From Candidatus Omnitrophota bacterium (GTDB lineage: Bacteria > Omnitrophota > Gorgyraeia > Gygaellales > UBA12090), in assembly GCA_030674475.1 (NCBI GenBank), contig JAUSCZ010000012.1:319-64318 (forward strand): a stretch of 64,000 bases of DNA. The letters run 5' to 3'. Position numbers and translations under genes: made by a program. The notes below the pieces were generated by a model. The model was not told where the DNA came from. It worked only from the letters and a program-made list of their open reading frames with translations, and did no database searches. Below, one piece after another: positions 9,012 through 19,177 of the stretch. How positions within the stretch are numbered: position 1 is the stretch's first letter; every line of letters begins with the position of its first letter.

Positions 9012-10148
9012 ATGAAGGCATTTTTGGTTTTGGAAGACGGGACGGTTTTTGAAGGGGAGGGATTTGGTTGTCAGGGTGAAGCCTTTGGGGAGGTGGTTTT
9101 TAATACCTCAATCACCGGCTATCAGGAAATCATTACCGACCCCTCCTATAAGGGCCAGATTGTGATGATGACCTATCCTTTGATTGGCAACTATGGAGTT
9201 AATGAAGAGGATGTGGAATCGGCTAAACCTTGGTTAGAGGGCTTTGTGGTGAAAGAGTTAAGTTTTATTCGCTCCAACTGGCGCTCAACAATGAGTTTGG
9301 ATGAGTATCTGAAAAAACATAAGGTTCTCGGGATTCAGGGCATAGATACCCGGGCCTTAACCCGGCTTTTACGGGCCAAAGGGGCGATGAAAGGAGTTAT
9401 TTCTACCAATGATAGTGACATAAAAAGCCTGTTAGAAAAGCTCAAGAAAGCCCCTTCATTAGTGGGAGTGGATTTGGTCAAAGAGGTTACTTGTAAGGAG
9501 CCTTATGGATGGAGTGAGAAGTTAGGAGTTGTACATCATAAGTTAAAACATAAGGTAGTGGTCTTAGACTGTGGGGTGAAATTCAATATTTTGCGTAATC
9601 TAGTAAGCGCCGGATGTAAGGTAAAAGTAGTTCCGGCCCAAACCTCTGCCGAACAGATACTAAAACTCAAGCCTGACGGCCTCTTGTTTTCCAACGGTCC
9701 CGGAGACCCGGAGGCGGTTACCTACGTGATTGAAACCGCGCGGAAGCTTTTAGGTCAGCTTCCTATATTCGGGATTTGTCTGGGGCATCAGATGTTGGGC
9801 CTGGCCTTGGGAGGAAAAACCTATAAACTTAAATTCGGCCACCACGGCGGAAACCATCCGGTTAAGGATTTAAAGACCGGCAAAATCTCCATCACCAGCC
9901 AAAACCACGGTTTTAATGTGGATATGCAGTCAATTCCCGACAAAAAAGCAGTGATGACCCACATCAATTTATACGATAATACCGCTGAAGGCCTAGAGCA
10001 TAAGAAGCTGAAACTATTCAGCGTGCAATATCATCCCGAGGCCGGCCCCGGTCCGCACGACGCGCAGTATTTGTTTGAGAGATTTGTAAGATTAATGCAA
10101 AAGTCAAAAGGAAAAAGTCAAAATCTCAATTCAAAAGCCAAAATTTAA
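9012..10148 (+). CDS. carA: Carbamoyl-phosphate synthase small (glutaminase) subunit
   Basis: GATase catalytic motifs 'GICLGHQ' and 'QYHPE'. Confidence 0.9.
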   Translation: MKAFLVLEDGTVFEGEGFGCQGEAFGEVVFNTSITGYQEIITDPSYKGQIVMMTYPLIGNYGVNEEDVESAKPWLEGFVVKELSFIRSNWRSTMSLDEYLKKHKVLGIQGIDTRALTRLLRAKGAMKGVISTNDSDIKSLLEKLKKAPSLVGVDLVKEVTCKEPYGWSEKLGVVHHKLKHKVVVLDCGVKFNILRNLVSAGCKVKVVPAQTSAEQILKLKPDGLLFSNGPGDPEAVTYVIETARKLLGQLPIFGICLGHQMLGLALGGKTYKLKFGHHGGNHPVKDLKTGKISITSQNHGFNVDMQSIPDKKAVMTHINLYDNTAEGLEHKKLKLFSVQYHPEAGPGPHDAQYLFERFVRLMQKSKGKSQNLNSKAKI

Positions 10149-10234
10149 GGTATTAAAAGAATTATATGGTTTTTAACGGTTTTAACTTTTTAGTTGTAGT
10201 TTTGCGTTTTTATTTTTTACTTTTGAGTTAAAAA

Positions 10235-13200
10235 ATGCCAAAAAGAACTGACATCAAGAAGATTCTGATCATCGGTTCCGGGCCGATTATTATCGGCCAG
10301 GCTTGCGAGTTTGATTATTCCGGGACCCAGGCCTGTAAGGCCTTGAGAGAAGAGGGTTTTAAGGTTATTCTGGTAAACTCTAACCCGGCAACCATTATGA
10401 CTGATCCGGAAACCGCGGACAGGACCTATATTGAGCCGATAACCGTGGAGATGTTAGAGAAGATTATCCAGAAAGAAAAACCCGATGCCCTGCTTCCTAC
10501 TTTAGGCGGGCAGACCGGTTTAAATATCAGCATTCAATTGGCGGATAAGGGAATTTTGGATAAATATAAGGTTCAGATGATCGGCGCCGACCGCAAGGCG
10601 ATCAAAAAAGCTGAAGATCGCCAGCTCTTTAAGCAGGCAATGCAAAAAATCGGTTTAGATCTGCCCCGCAGCGGACAGGCCGGCAATATAAAAGAAGCCC
10701 GGAAGATTGCCGCCAAAATCGGCTTTCCTCTGATTATCCGGCCTTCTTTTACCCTGGGAGGCACCGGAGGCGGAATTGCCACTACCCAGGAGCAGTTTGA
10801 GGAAATCGCCAGGCGGGGCCTGGAATCTAGCATGATTTCCGAGATCCTGGTTGAGGAATCTATCATCGGCTGGAAGGAATATGAGCTGGAGGTAATGCGG
10901 GATAAAAAGGATAATGTGGTGATTATCTGTTCTATTGAGAACTTTGACCCGATGGGGGTGCATACCGGAGATTCTATCACTGTGGCTCCTGCCCAGACCT
11001 TAAGCGACCGGGAATACCAGAAGATGCGCGACGCGGCAATTGCCTGTATCCGGGAAATCGGGGTGGAGACCGGCGGCTCCAACATTCAGTTCGCGGTCAA
11101 TCCGGATAACGGCCGGATGGTGGTGATTGAGATGAATCCCCGGGTTTCCCGCTCCTCGGCCCTGGCCTCCAAGGCCACCGGCTTTCCTATTGCCAAGATT
11201 GCCGCCAAATTAGCCATCGGGTATACCTTAGATGAAATCCCTAACGATATTACCAAAAATACCCCGGCCTCTTTTGAGCCGACTATAGACTATTGCGTGG
11301 TTAAGATCCCCCGCTTTGCCTTTGAGAAATTCCCCGCGGCTGACTCGACGCTTACTATCCAGATGAAGTCCGTGGGCGAGGTAATGGCTATCGGCCGGAC
11401 TTTTAAAGAGGCCTTGCAAAAGGGAATCCGCGGCCTGGAGATTAAGCGCGACGGCTTAAGTGGAATAAAATATAAGAATAAAATCGAACTGGAAGAACAG
11501 CTAAAAAGGCCGAACGCGGAAAGATTATTTTATCTCTATGAGGCGCTTAAAGAAAATTATTCCTTGGATAGGCTTTATGAACTGACCAAAATAGACCGTT
11601 GGTTTTTACAGAATTTAAAAGAAATCGTAGAGTTTGAGGCAAACATCAGCGCTGATAATCTTCTCGCGGCCAAGCAATTAGGTTTTAGCGACCAACAGAT
11701 TGCCCGGGCGCTGAACAGTGATGAAGATAAAGTTCGAGCTTTAAGAAAGGCCCAAGGCATTGAGCCGGTATATAAATTAGTAGATACCTGCTCCGCGGAA
11801 TTTGAGGCTTTTACCCCGTATTATTATTCTACATATGAGACGCCGTTTTCATCAGGTGTTAGTCATCAGGTGTTTCCGTCGCAAGCGGGTATGTATATGG
11901 CGCAAGCCGTCAGCACCGAGGATGAAACCAGAAAAAGCAAAAAGAAAAAGATTATGATTTTGGGTGGCGGGCCGAACCGGATTGGCCAGGGGATAGAGTT
12001 TGATTACTGCTGTGTGCATGCCGCTTTTGCCCTTAAGGAATTAGGTTATGAGACTATTATGGTTAATTCCAATCCCGAGACTGTCTCTACTGATTACGAC
12101 ACCTCGGATAAATTATATTTTGAGCCTTTAACCAAAGAAGATGTTTTAAATATCATTGATAAAGAAAGGCCGGAAGGGGTAATAGTGCAGTTAGGCGGCC
12201 AGACCCCTTTGAATTTGGCGGTGCCGCTTAAAGAGGCTGGGGTAAAGATTTTAGGCACTTCGGCTGATGCTATTGACCGGGCTGAGGACCGCAAACGTTT
12301 TTCCCAGCTGGTGGAAAAATTAGGCCTGGTTCAGCCGGCTAACGGCAACGCGGTTACCTTTGCTGAGGCCAAAGTCATCGCTCGAAAAATCGGCTATCCG
12401 GTTTTAGTCCGGCCTTCGTATGTGCTTGGCGGCCGGGCCATGGAGATCATCTATGATGACCAGGCCCTGGAATATTATATTCAGCGCGCGGTCTGGGCCT
12501 CACCAGAGCGGCCGATTTTGGTGGATAAATTTATTGAGGATGCTATTGAAGTGGATGTGGATATGGTTGGCGACGGCGAAACCTTCTGCATCGGCGGAAT
12601 TATGGAACATATTGAAGAGGCCGGGGTGCATTCGGGAGACGCGGCCATGGTTTTGCCGGCGCATACCTTAACCCCGGAGACTTTAGCTAAGGTCCGTGAT
12701 TACACTTATCGGCTGGCCAAGGAGCTCAATATTATCGGCTTGATGAATGTGCAATACGCGGTCAAAAATGGCACCGTTTACATTTTAGAGGTCAACCCCC
12801 GGGCCAGCCGCACCGCGCCTTTTGTTTCCAAGGCCATTGGTGTGCCATTGGCCAAGTTAGCGGCCAAGGTAATGGCGGGTAAAACTCTCAAAGAGCTTGG
12901 TTTTACTCAAGAAATTATTCCAAAACACATTTCAGTCAAGGAATCAGTGTTGCCTTTTGTGAAATTCCCCGGAGTGGACATAACTTTAGGCCCGGAGATG
13001 AAATCAACCGGCGAGGTGATGGGGATTGATACCGATTTTGGCCGGGCTTACGCCAAAAGCCAGCTGGCCGCTTATCAGAATTTGCCCGCGGTCAAAGGCA
13101 CGGTTTTCATCAGCATCAAAGACAAAGACAAAAAAGCACAGATGGCCAAGGTTGCCAAGAAGCTAAAGGACTTGAAATTTGAAATTATCTCTACCCTGGG

Positions 13201-13525
13201 AACGGCTAAGTTCTTGGAGGAAAACGGAATTATTGCCCGGACCATCCAGAGGGTTAGCGACGGAAAACCCAATGTCTTGGATTTAATGAAAGAGGGCAAA
13301 ATCAAACTGATAATTAACACCGTTTCCGGAAAAATCCCCCGTCAGGATGAGCTAAAAATCCGCACCAGCGCGATTGCCTTAGGCATTCCGGTGATTACTA
13401 CCTTGCCCGGGGCAGAGGCCTGCGCTCGGGGAATCGAGGCCTTGATGAAACATAAACTAGGAGTCAAGCCGATACAGGAATACCATAAAAAGTTAAAAGT
13501 AAAAAGTCAAAAGGCAAAAAGATAA
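10235..13525 (+). CDS. carB: Carbamoyl-phosphate synthase large subunit
   Basis: Duplicated ATP-grasp halves and a C-terminal MGS-like domain; 1096 aa. Confidence 0.95.
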   Translation: MPKRTDIKKILIIGSGPIIIGQACEFDYSGTQACKALREEGFKVILVNSNPATIMTDPETADRTYIEPITVEMLEKIIQKEKPDALLPTLGGQTGLNISIQLADKGILDKYKVQMIGADRKAIKKAEDRQLFKQAMQKIGLDLPRSGQAGNIKEARKIAAKIGFPLIIRPSFTLGGTGGGIATTQEQFEEIARRGLESSMISEILVEESIIGWKEYELEVMRDKKDNVVIICSIENFDPMGVHTGDSITVAPAQTLSDREYQKMRDAAIACIREIGVETGGSNIQFAVNPDNGRMVVIEMNPRVSRSSALASKATGFPIAKIAAKLAIGYTLDEIPNDITKNTPASFEPTIDYCVVKIPRFAFEKFPAADSTLTIQMKSVGEVMAIGRTFKEALQKGIRGLEIKRDGLSGIKYKNKIELEEQLKRPNAERLFYLYEALKENYSLDRLYELTKIDRWFLQNLKEIVEFEANISADNLLAAKQLGFSDQQIARALNSDEDKVRALRKAQGIEPVYKLVDTCSAEFEAFTPYYYSTYETPFSSGVSHQVFPSQAGMYMAQAVSTEDETRKSKKKKIMILGGGPNRIGQGIEFDYCCVHAAFALKELGYETIMVNSNPETVSTDYDTSDKLYFEPLTKEDVLNIIDKERPEGVIVQLGGQTPLNLAVPLKEAGVKILGTSADAIDRAEDRKRFSQLVEKLGLVQPANGNAVTFAEAKVIARKIGYPVLVRPSYVLGGRAMEIIYDDQALEYYIQRAVWASPERPILVDKFIEDAIEVDVDMVGDGETFCIGGIMEHIEEAGVHSGDAAMVLPAHTLTPETLAKVRDYTYRLAKELNIIGLMNVQYAVKNGTVYILEVNPRASRTAPFVSKAIGVPLAKLAAKVMAGKTLKELGFTQEIIPKHISVKESVLPFVKFPGVDITLGPEMKSTGEVMGIDTDFGRAYAKSQLAAYQNLPAVKGTVFISIKDKDKKAQMAKVAKKLKDLKFEIISTLGTAKFLEENGIIARTIQRVSDGKPNVLDLMKEGKIKLIINTVSGKIPRQDELKIRTSAIALGIPVITTLPGAEACARGIEALMKHKLGVKPIQEYHKKLKVKSQKAKR

Positions 13526-13606
13526 AGTAAAGTGTAAAATTTAAAGAAACACTTTTGACTTTTGCGTTTTTATTTTTGAATTCCGAGCGACGAAAGGAGC
13601 GAGGAG

Positions 13607-14407
13607 ATGCCGGAACTGCCGGAAGTAGAGACCATAAAAAGGGATTTAGAGAAAGTGCTCTTAGGTAAGCAGATAGTGGATATCTGTATCCATAATCCTA
13701 AGGTTATTCGTCAGCCCTCAGCTGATAAATTCAAAAAGGGCCTTATGGGCGCGGTTATTAAAAGTATCCTGCGCAAGGCCAAGGTTTTGATAATAGAATT
13801 TTCCAATGGAAAATTTCTGGCAGTGCATTTGAAAATGACCGGCCAATTAGTTTATCCGGGAGACGGCACCCGAAGCCGGGTAAGTTTTCATCTCTCTGAC
13901 GGGAAGAATCTGGATTTTAACGACCAGCGGCTGTTTGGGGAACTGCATTTGCTTGATGATTGGCGCCATTTAAAATTTATCCAGAGCTTGGGTCCGGAGC
14001 CGCTGGAGGTAAATTCAGGGCAGTTTAAAGAAATGTTTTCTTCCAAGAAAACCAAAATCAAGCCGCTGTTGATGGATCAGACTTTTATTTCCGGTATTGG
14101 CAACATTTATGCCGCGGAAATTCTGTTCCGGGCCCGGATTCATCCGGAAAGGCCGGCCAACCGGCTTTCGGATCAAGAAAAAGAACTGCTTTTAAAGGAA
14201 ATTAAAGACACTCTAAAAGAAGCCATCCACTGCGGCGGCTCATCCATTGACGATTATATCCGGCTCTCGGGTGAACCGGGAAGCTATGTTAAACACCATA
14301 AGGTTTACGGACGAGGAGGCAAGCCTTGTCTGATCTGCAAAACTCTAATTAAGCGGATCGCCTTAGGCGGTCGAGGCACCTTTTTCTGCCCCAAATGCCA
14401 AAAATAA
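13607..14407 (+). CDS. mutM: Formamidopyrimidine-DNA glycosylase (Fpg/MutM)
   Basis: N-terminal 'MPELPEVETI' and a C-terminal zinc finger 'CLICKTLIKRIALGGRGTFFCPKCQ'. Confidence 0.85.
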   Translation: MPELPEVETIKRDLEKVLLGKQIVDICIHNPKVIRQPSADKFKKGLMGAVIKSILRKAKVLIIEFSNGKFLAVHLKMTGQLVYPGDGTRSRVSFHLSDGKNLDFNDQRLFGELHLLDDWRHLKFIQSLGPEPLEVNSGQFKEMFSSKKTKIKPLLMDQTFISGIGNIYAAEILFRARIHPERPANRLSDQEKELLLKEIKDTLKEAIHCGGSSIDDYIRLSGEPGSYVKHHKVYGRGGKPCLICKTLIKRIALGGRGTFFCPKCQK

Positions 14408-15324
14408 AGTCAAAAGTCAAAAGTCAAAAGTCAAAAGTTATTTCTAATAGAAATATTAAGGATAACTATTTTGAAATTATTATTGAAGCTCCGGAAATCG
14501 CCAAATCCGCCCAGCCGGGGCAGTTTGTGAATATTAAGGTGAGCGATGGCATTGAGCCGCTTTTAAGAAGGCCGTTGAGTATACATAGAATTAGCTATCA
14601 GCCGCCAGCTATCAGCCGCCAGCAAAGAATAAAAAACAGCATAGTGCTGTTGTATGAAGCGGTGGGGAAAGGGACAGAAATTTTATCACAAAGACGGCCG
14701 GGTGAGTTTTTGGATGTTATTGGTCCCTCAGGCAATGGCTTTAATATAGACCGTAGACCGTTGACCGTTGACTATCGACCGATATTGATTGCCGGCGGAA
14801 TGGGCACGGCGCCCTTAGTTTTTCTTGCCGAAAAACTAAGGGAAGTAAAAAGTAAAAAGGCTCCCGCAAAAGCGGGATCCCGCCAAATATTAAGCAATGG
14901 GCGGGAAAAAGGCAAAATGTTGGTTTTAATCGGCGCGAGAACCAGGAAAGATATTCTTTGCGAAGAAGAATTCAAAAATCTCGGCTGCGAAGTAAAGATT
15001 TCCACCGATGACGGAAGCCGCGGCTTTAAAGGTTACGTCAGCGATTTATTAGCCAAAGAGCTCTCAGCTTTCAGTTATCAGCCTTCAGCTATTTATGCGT
15101 GCGGGCCAAAACTTCTGCTCAAAGAAATCAGCCGTATATCTTGCGAGCGGAATATTCCAGCTCAGCTTTCTTTAGAGTCGCATATGGCCTGCGGCATCGG
15201 GGTGTGTATGGGGTGCGTGATAAAAGTCAAAAGTAAAAACGCAAAAGGTAAAACGGACGACAAATATAGCCGGGTTTGCAAGGAAGGGCCGGTGTTTGTG
15301 GCGAATCAGATTCTATGGGAATAA
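14395..15324 (+). CDS. pyrK: Dihydroorotate dehydrogenase electron-transfer (FAD/2Fe-2S) subunit
   Basis: 'CGIGVCMGCV' 2Fe-2S motif; overlaps both fpg and pyrD. It contains Lys-rich insertions encoded by AAAGTCAAAAG-type repeats. Confidence 0.8.
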   Translation: MPKIKSKVKSQKSKVISNRNIKDNYFEIIIEAPEIAKSAQPGQFVNIKVSDGIEPLLRRPLSIHRISYQPPAISRQQRIKNSIVLLYEAVGKGTEILSQRRPGEFLDVIGPSGNGFNIDRRPLTVDYRPILIAGGMGTAPLVFLAEKLREVKSKKAPAKAGSRQILSNGREKGKMLVLIGARTRKDILCEEEFKNLGCEVKISTDDGSRGFKGYVSDLLAKELSAFSYQPSAIYACGPKLLLKEISRISCERNIPAQLSLESHMACGIGVCMGCVIKVKSKNAKGKTDDKYSRVCKEGPVFVANQILWE

Positions 15325-16259
15325 ATCTAAAAGTTAAAATCGGTAAACTTCAGTTAAATAATCCGGTCATGGTTGCCTCGGGAACTTTTGGCTATGCCGA
15401 GGAGTTTAAGGATTTTATAGATTTAAAGAAGTTAGGGGCGATAGTTACCAAGACTATTACCTTAAAGCCCCGGATGGGCAATCCTCCCCCGCGCACCTGC
15501 GAGACTCCGGCCGGTCTGCTTAATTCCATCGGTTTAGAAAATCCCGGGATAGATAAGTTTATTCAGGAAAAACTACCCTTTTTAAGAAAGATTGGCGTGC
15601 CGCTCATTGTCAGCATTGCCTCGGAAGGAGATAGTGAAGAATTTGTCAGTTTGGCCCGGCGCTTAGATAAAATCCCGGAGGTTTCGGCGATAGAATTGAA
15701 CATTTCCTGTCCAAATATTAAAAGTAACCAGAAACCAGAAACCAGTAACCAGAGTTATAAACTAATTTCCCAAGATCCCAATTCAACCTACGAGGTTGTT
15801 AAGGCAGTGCGCGGGGTTACCAAAAAGGCCTTGATTACCAAGCTCTCGCCCAATGTTACGGATATTACAGAAATTGCTCAAGCCGCCGAAGCCGCGGGAA
15901 CAGATGCCGTAGCATTGATAAATACACTTATGGGAATGAGTATTGAGGTAAAGGCGGGAAGGCCTAAGATAGCGATGGGAACAGCCGGCCTCAGCGGCCC
16001 GGCAATCCGGCCGGTGGCGGTCAGGATGGTCTGGGAGGTTTACAAAAAAGTGAAAATTCCCATAATCGGAATGGGGGGAATTATGGATACTTCAAGCGCT
16101 CTGGAATTTTTTATTGCCGGCTCAAGCGCGATTGCCGTGGGCACGGCTAATTTTATTAATCCCCGGACGACGATTGAAATCATTTCCGGTTTAGAGAAAT
16201 ATTTAGCCCGGAATAAAATCAAGGACATCAAAGAGTTGATAGGAAGTCTAAAGATATGA
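15315..16259 (+). CDS. pyrD: Dihydroorotate dehydrogenase catalytic subunit (class 1B)
   Basis: 'MGINLKVKIGKLQLNNPVMVASGTFGY'. The start ATG overlaps the pyrK stop (ATGGGAATAA). Confidence 0.85.
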   Translation: MGINLKVKIGKLQLNNPVMVASGTFGYAEEFKDFIDLKKLGAIVTKTITLKPRMGNPPPRTCETPAGLLNSIGLENPGIDKFIQEKLPFLRKIGVPLIVSIASEGDSEEFVSLARRLDKIPEVSAIELNISCPNIKSNQKPETSNQSYKLISQDPNSTYEVVKAVRGVTKKALITKLSPNVTDITEIAQAAEAAGTDAVALINTLMGMSIEVKAGRPKIAMGTAGLSGPAIRPVAVRMVWEVYKKVKIPIIGMGGIMDTSSALEFFIAGSSAIAVGTANFINPRTTIEIISGLEKYLARNKIKDIKELIGSLKI

Positions 16260-16912
16260 ACGAACGAAAATTAATCTTGGCTTTAGATGTGGATAGCCCG
16301 GAAAAAGCCAGGAATTTTGTGAATCTCCTGTATCCTAAAGTAAGGGTTTTTAAGATAGGCTCCCAGCTTTTTACCGGATGCGGGCCGAAGATTATAGAGT
16401 TTATCCATAAAAAAGGAGGAGAAGTCTTCTTGGACCTTAAGTTTCACGATATCCCTAATACCGTGGCCAATGCCGTGGCCCAGGCCGCGCGGCTTAAGGT
16501 GAAGATGCTGACTTTGCATATTTCCGGCGGGAAGGAGATGCTGGAGGCGGCTGTTAAAGCGGCTAAAACCATTAAACATAACCATCCTCTTTTAATTGGG
16601 GTTACAGTCTTGACCAGTCAGGAGTCAGGCCGAGATGAGGTCTTGCGTTTAGCCAGGATAGGTTTAGAGTGCGGCTTAGACGGGGTGGTCTGTTCTGTCC
16701 AGGAAGTGAGGTTCTTGCGGGGTGAACTGGGCAAAGATTTTGTAATAGTAACCCCGGGGATTAGGCCCAAGAAGACAGGAGTTGATGATCAAAAAAGGAT
16801 AGCCACGGCCAGCCAGGCTATTGCCGCCGGAAGCGATTTTCTGGTGGTGGGCCGGCCGATTTTAGAGGCCAAAGACCCGGTAGAGGCATTAACCGGCATA
16901 TTGAATGAATAA
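16256..16912 (+). CDS. pyrF: Orotidine-5'-phosphate decarboxylase
   Basis: 'LILALDV' and 'FLDLKFHDIPNTV' motifs. ATGA start/stop overlap with pyrD. Confidence 0.85.
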   Translation: MNERKLILALDVDSPEKARNFVNLLYPKVRVFKIGSQLFTGCGPKIIEFIHKKGGEVFLDLKFHDIPNTVANAVAQAARLKVKMLTLHISGGKEMLEAAVKAAKTIKHNHPLLIGVTVLTSQESGRDEVLRLARIGLECGLDGVVCSVQEVRFLRGELGKDFVIVTPGIRPKKTGVDDQKRIATASQAIAAGSDFLVVGRPILEAKDPVEALTGILNE

Positions 16913-17303
16913 ACAGCCTAAGGATCAGACGCTTTTACATCTTCAAAAAAAGGTGCGGGAGTTTGTCCGGGAGCGGGATTGGCTGAAATTTCACTCCCCA
17001 AAAAACATCAGTATGTCTATCGCCATTGAGTCCGCCGAATTAATGGAGCATTTTCAGTGGCTGAGTGAGAATGAATCTAAGGAATTGCTCCGGGATAAAA
17101 ATAAGCGTGGGGAAATCGAGGATGAATTAGCCGATATCGCCATCTATATCCTGGATTTCTGCGAGCATTTCGGAGTTGATCTGGAAAAAAGCATCCTGAG
17201 TAAGCTGGATAAAACCGCCAAAAAGTATCCGGTGCGCTTAGTGAAAGGCAAAGCTCATAAATATACCTATTATGCAAAGAAAGGGAGGATGAAGGCTTTA
17301 TAG
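16905..17303 (+). CDS. MazG-like nucleoside triphosphate pyrophosphohydrolase
   Basis: 'REFVRERDWLKFHSPKNISMSIAIESAELME' matches the MazG/NTP-PPase helix motif. Confidence 0.7.
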   Translation: MNKQPKDQTLLHLQKKVREFVRERDWLKFHSPKNISMSIAIESAELMEHFQWLSENESKELLRDKNKRGEIEDELADIAIYILDFCEHFGVDLEKSILSKLDKTAKKYPVRLVKGKAHKYTYYAKKGRMKAL

Positions 17304-17365
17304 TTGACAGATTGAGGATTGCAGGGTAGTATTTAACGGTATCAAAAGCATAGCCAGGAGGCGTT

Positions 17366-17776
17366 ATGAAAAAAGCAATCGCGGGAATTATCTTTTTAGG
17401 GTGTATGTTCGCGTTCGGTCAATCGCTTTCTTATTCCGAGGGTGAGGGCGCGAAAGCCAAGGAATGTAATTTCGAGAAGCATCAAAAAAAAGTCAAAGGA
17501 GCTAAGGCGGATAAAATTAAAGCCAGGCTTGATAAATGGACTAAGGTGTTAAGTCTAACCGCCGAACAGCAGGCCGGGACTAAAGAAATTCTCACCAAAG
17601 CCAAAGAAGACATCAAGGTTATCTGGAAAGACACCAAAGCCAAGGCCAAAGAAATCCGCGTCAGCGCGCATGACCAAATAGCCGGCATTTTGACAGATGA
17701 GCAAAAAGCCAAATTCCAAGACCTGCGCAACGAATGTGAAGAATCCCCCGATGCCCATAGCGAGGGCAAGGAATAA
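17366..17776 (+). CDS. Secreted Spy/CpxP-like (LTxxQ motif) periplasmic protein
   Basis: Signal peptide, 'LTAEQQAGTKEIL', Lys-rich. Confidence 0.5.
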   Translation: MKKAIAGIIFLGCMFAFGQSLSYSEGEGAKAKECNFEKHQKKVKGAKADKIKARLDKWTKVLSLTAEQQAGTKEILTKAKEDIKVIWKDTKAKAKEIRVSAHDQIAGILTDEQKAKFQDLRNECEESPDAHSEGKE

Positions 17777-17783
17777 GACATCC

Positions 17784-17857
17784 GGGCGGTTAGTTCAGCT
17801 GGTTAGAATGCATGATTTACATTCATGAGGTCACAGGTTCAAGTCCTGTACCGCCCA
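17784..17857 (+). tRNA. tRNA-Val (anticodon TAC)
   Basis: Manual fold: acceptor GGGCGGT/ACCGCCC, anticodon loop TTTACAT, T-arm ACAGG-TTCAAGT-CCTGT. Confidence 0.8.
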
Positions 17858-17999
17858 TTAATACAGAACTAAGATTTAAGAATTAAAAAGGCTGAACTGG
17901 CAGAAAAAAAAAGAAAACATTGAAGTTATTAAAATTTTGAGTACAATAATAACATCTCTTTCGCAGTTCTTAGCTCTAAATTCTTAGTTCTGCTTTATT

Positions 18000-18075
18000 G
18001 GGGTCGTGGTGTAGCCTGGTTTAACACATCGCCCTGTCACGGCGAAGACCGCGGGTTCAAATCCCGTCGACCCCG
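18000..18075 (+). tRNA. tRNA-Asp (anticodon GTC)
   Basis: Manual fold: acceptor GGGGTCG/CGACCCC, anticodon loop CTGTCAC, T-arm GCGGG-TTCAAAT-CCCGT. Confidence 0.8.
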
Positions 18076-18090
18076 TTAAACCTAAATTAA

Positions 18091-18249
18091 GGGATTTGAA
18101 CAAAAGGGGAGTTTGGGGGGAAAAGGTGATTTTCCCCCCAAGAATCGCTTCTTTGTTTACGCCACGGGGTGACAGCGAACCGCCGCAGGCGGTGAGCGTC
18201 ATTAGGGGCAAGGAGCCCCTATGAAAAGTTCAAATCCCGTCGACCCCAC
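18091..18249 (+). ncRNA. tRNA-linked structured element, copy 2 (T-arm complement ... conserved core ... duplicated tRNA-Asp 3' end)
   Basis: It begins GGGATTTGAAC, the reverse complement of the tRNA-Asp T-loop. The core is ~90% identical to copy 1, with a compensatory change in the GGGGGG/CCCCCC hairpin. It ends GTTCAAATCCCGTCGACCCC, a copy of the tRNA-Asp 3' end. Confidence 0.5.
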
Positions 18250-18336
18250 TATAAACAACATAACCGCGAATTCTCTCGCGGTTTTTTGTTTTGATAAAAC
18301 ATGAAAATGGTGTATAATAATTAAAATAGGCTAAAT

Positions 18337-18996
18337 ATGAAAAAACAAGAGAGAACGAAAATGAGTATTATTAAAAAAATCTTGAGTGTAAGTGCGGTGT
18401 CAGTGTTATTTTTTGTTTTTATGTTTTCCGCTTTTGCTCAAGGGACAGAGGAATTGGTTTTAGATGATTTTGAGGGGGTGATTTCCGGCGGCGAGCACGG
18501 GACGGTGGATTTTGGCTCCGGCGGCGGCTCAACGGTTGAAGTAGCGGCATCCCAGGAAACAAAACAGCACGGTGAACAGTCTTTGGAGGCAAAATTTGAG
18601 GCGGTAGCCGGCGGATATATGTGGATTGCCCGCGGATATGATTTGACGGTCAAAGGCGCGGGCTGCTGGCAGGTTAAGCCAGAAGAAATTGATTTTAGCA
18701 AATATAACGCTTTTTCGGTGTATGTGCATGGCGCCAATACCGGAACACAAATAGCCATAGATTTGGTGGATGGCGGATTTGAATACTGGCGTTATTTTAT
18801 AAATGATGATTTTACCGGCTGGAAGGAAATTGTAATACCTTTTGGCGATTTCTTCGCCCGGGGCGATTGGCAGCCGGAGAAGGCGGATAAAAACGGAGCA
18901 ATGGATTTTCCGCTCAAAGTATTTCAGTTTGAGCCCCGCCCCGAGGCCAAAGGGACGTTGTATTTTGATTATGTTCGGTTGGTGAAGAAACAATAG
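18337..18996 (+). CDS. Secreted hypothetical protein
   Basis: Signal peptide 'ILSVSAVSVLFFVFMFSAFAQG'; no recognisable motif. Confidence 0.4.
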   Translation: MKKQERTKMSIIKKILSVSAVSVLFFVFMFSAFAQGTEELVLDDFEGVISGGEHGTVDFGSGGGSTVEVAASQETKQHGEQSLEAKFEAVAGGYMWIARGYDLTVKGAGCWQVKPEEIDFSKYNAFSVYVHGANTGTQIAIDLVDGGFEYWRYFINDDFTGWKEIVIPFGDFFARGDWQPEKADKNGAMDFPLKVFQFEPRPEAKGTLYFDYVRLVKKQ

Positions 18997-19177
18997 ATGG
19001 TCTTACGCCCTAATACACGGCGGTTTTTCAGAAATAGTGTATGGTGACCCCGCCTCGTAAGCTGAGGTAAAATTCTCTGCGACAATTTTACCTCACTCGG
19101 TGGGGTTAATTCGCACTTATAACTTACTCTCCGCCTACGGCGGATCGTAAGTTATGTGCTCATTAAGGAGGTGCAGT

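Noticed and set aside
12420-12671. 83-aa + strand ORF in an alternative frame inside carB
   Set aside because: It lies entirely within the carB reading frame region and its composition is Trp/Arg-rich; this is an out-of-frame artefact.
14398-14440. Tandem AAGTCAAAAG x4 as a possible CRISPR-like array
   Set aside because: The repeat unit is ~7-10 nt with no spacers, and it lies in-frame at the start of pyrK. It is a short tandem repeat, not a CRISPR array. No cas genes are present in the window.
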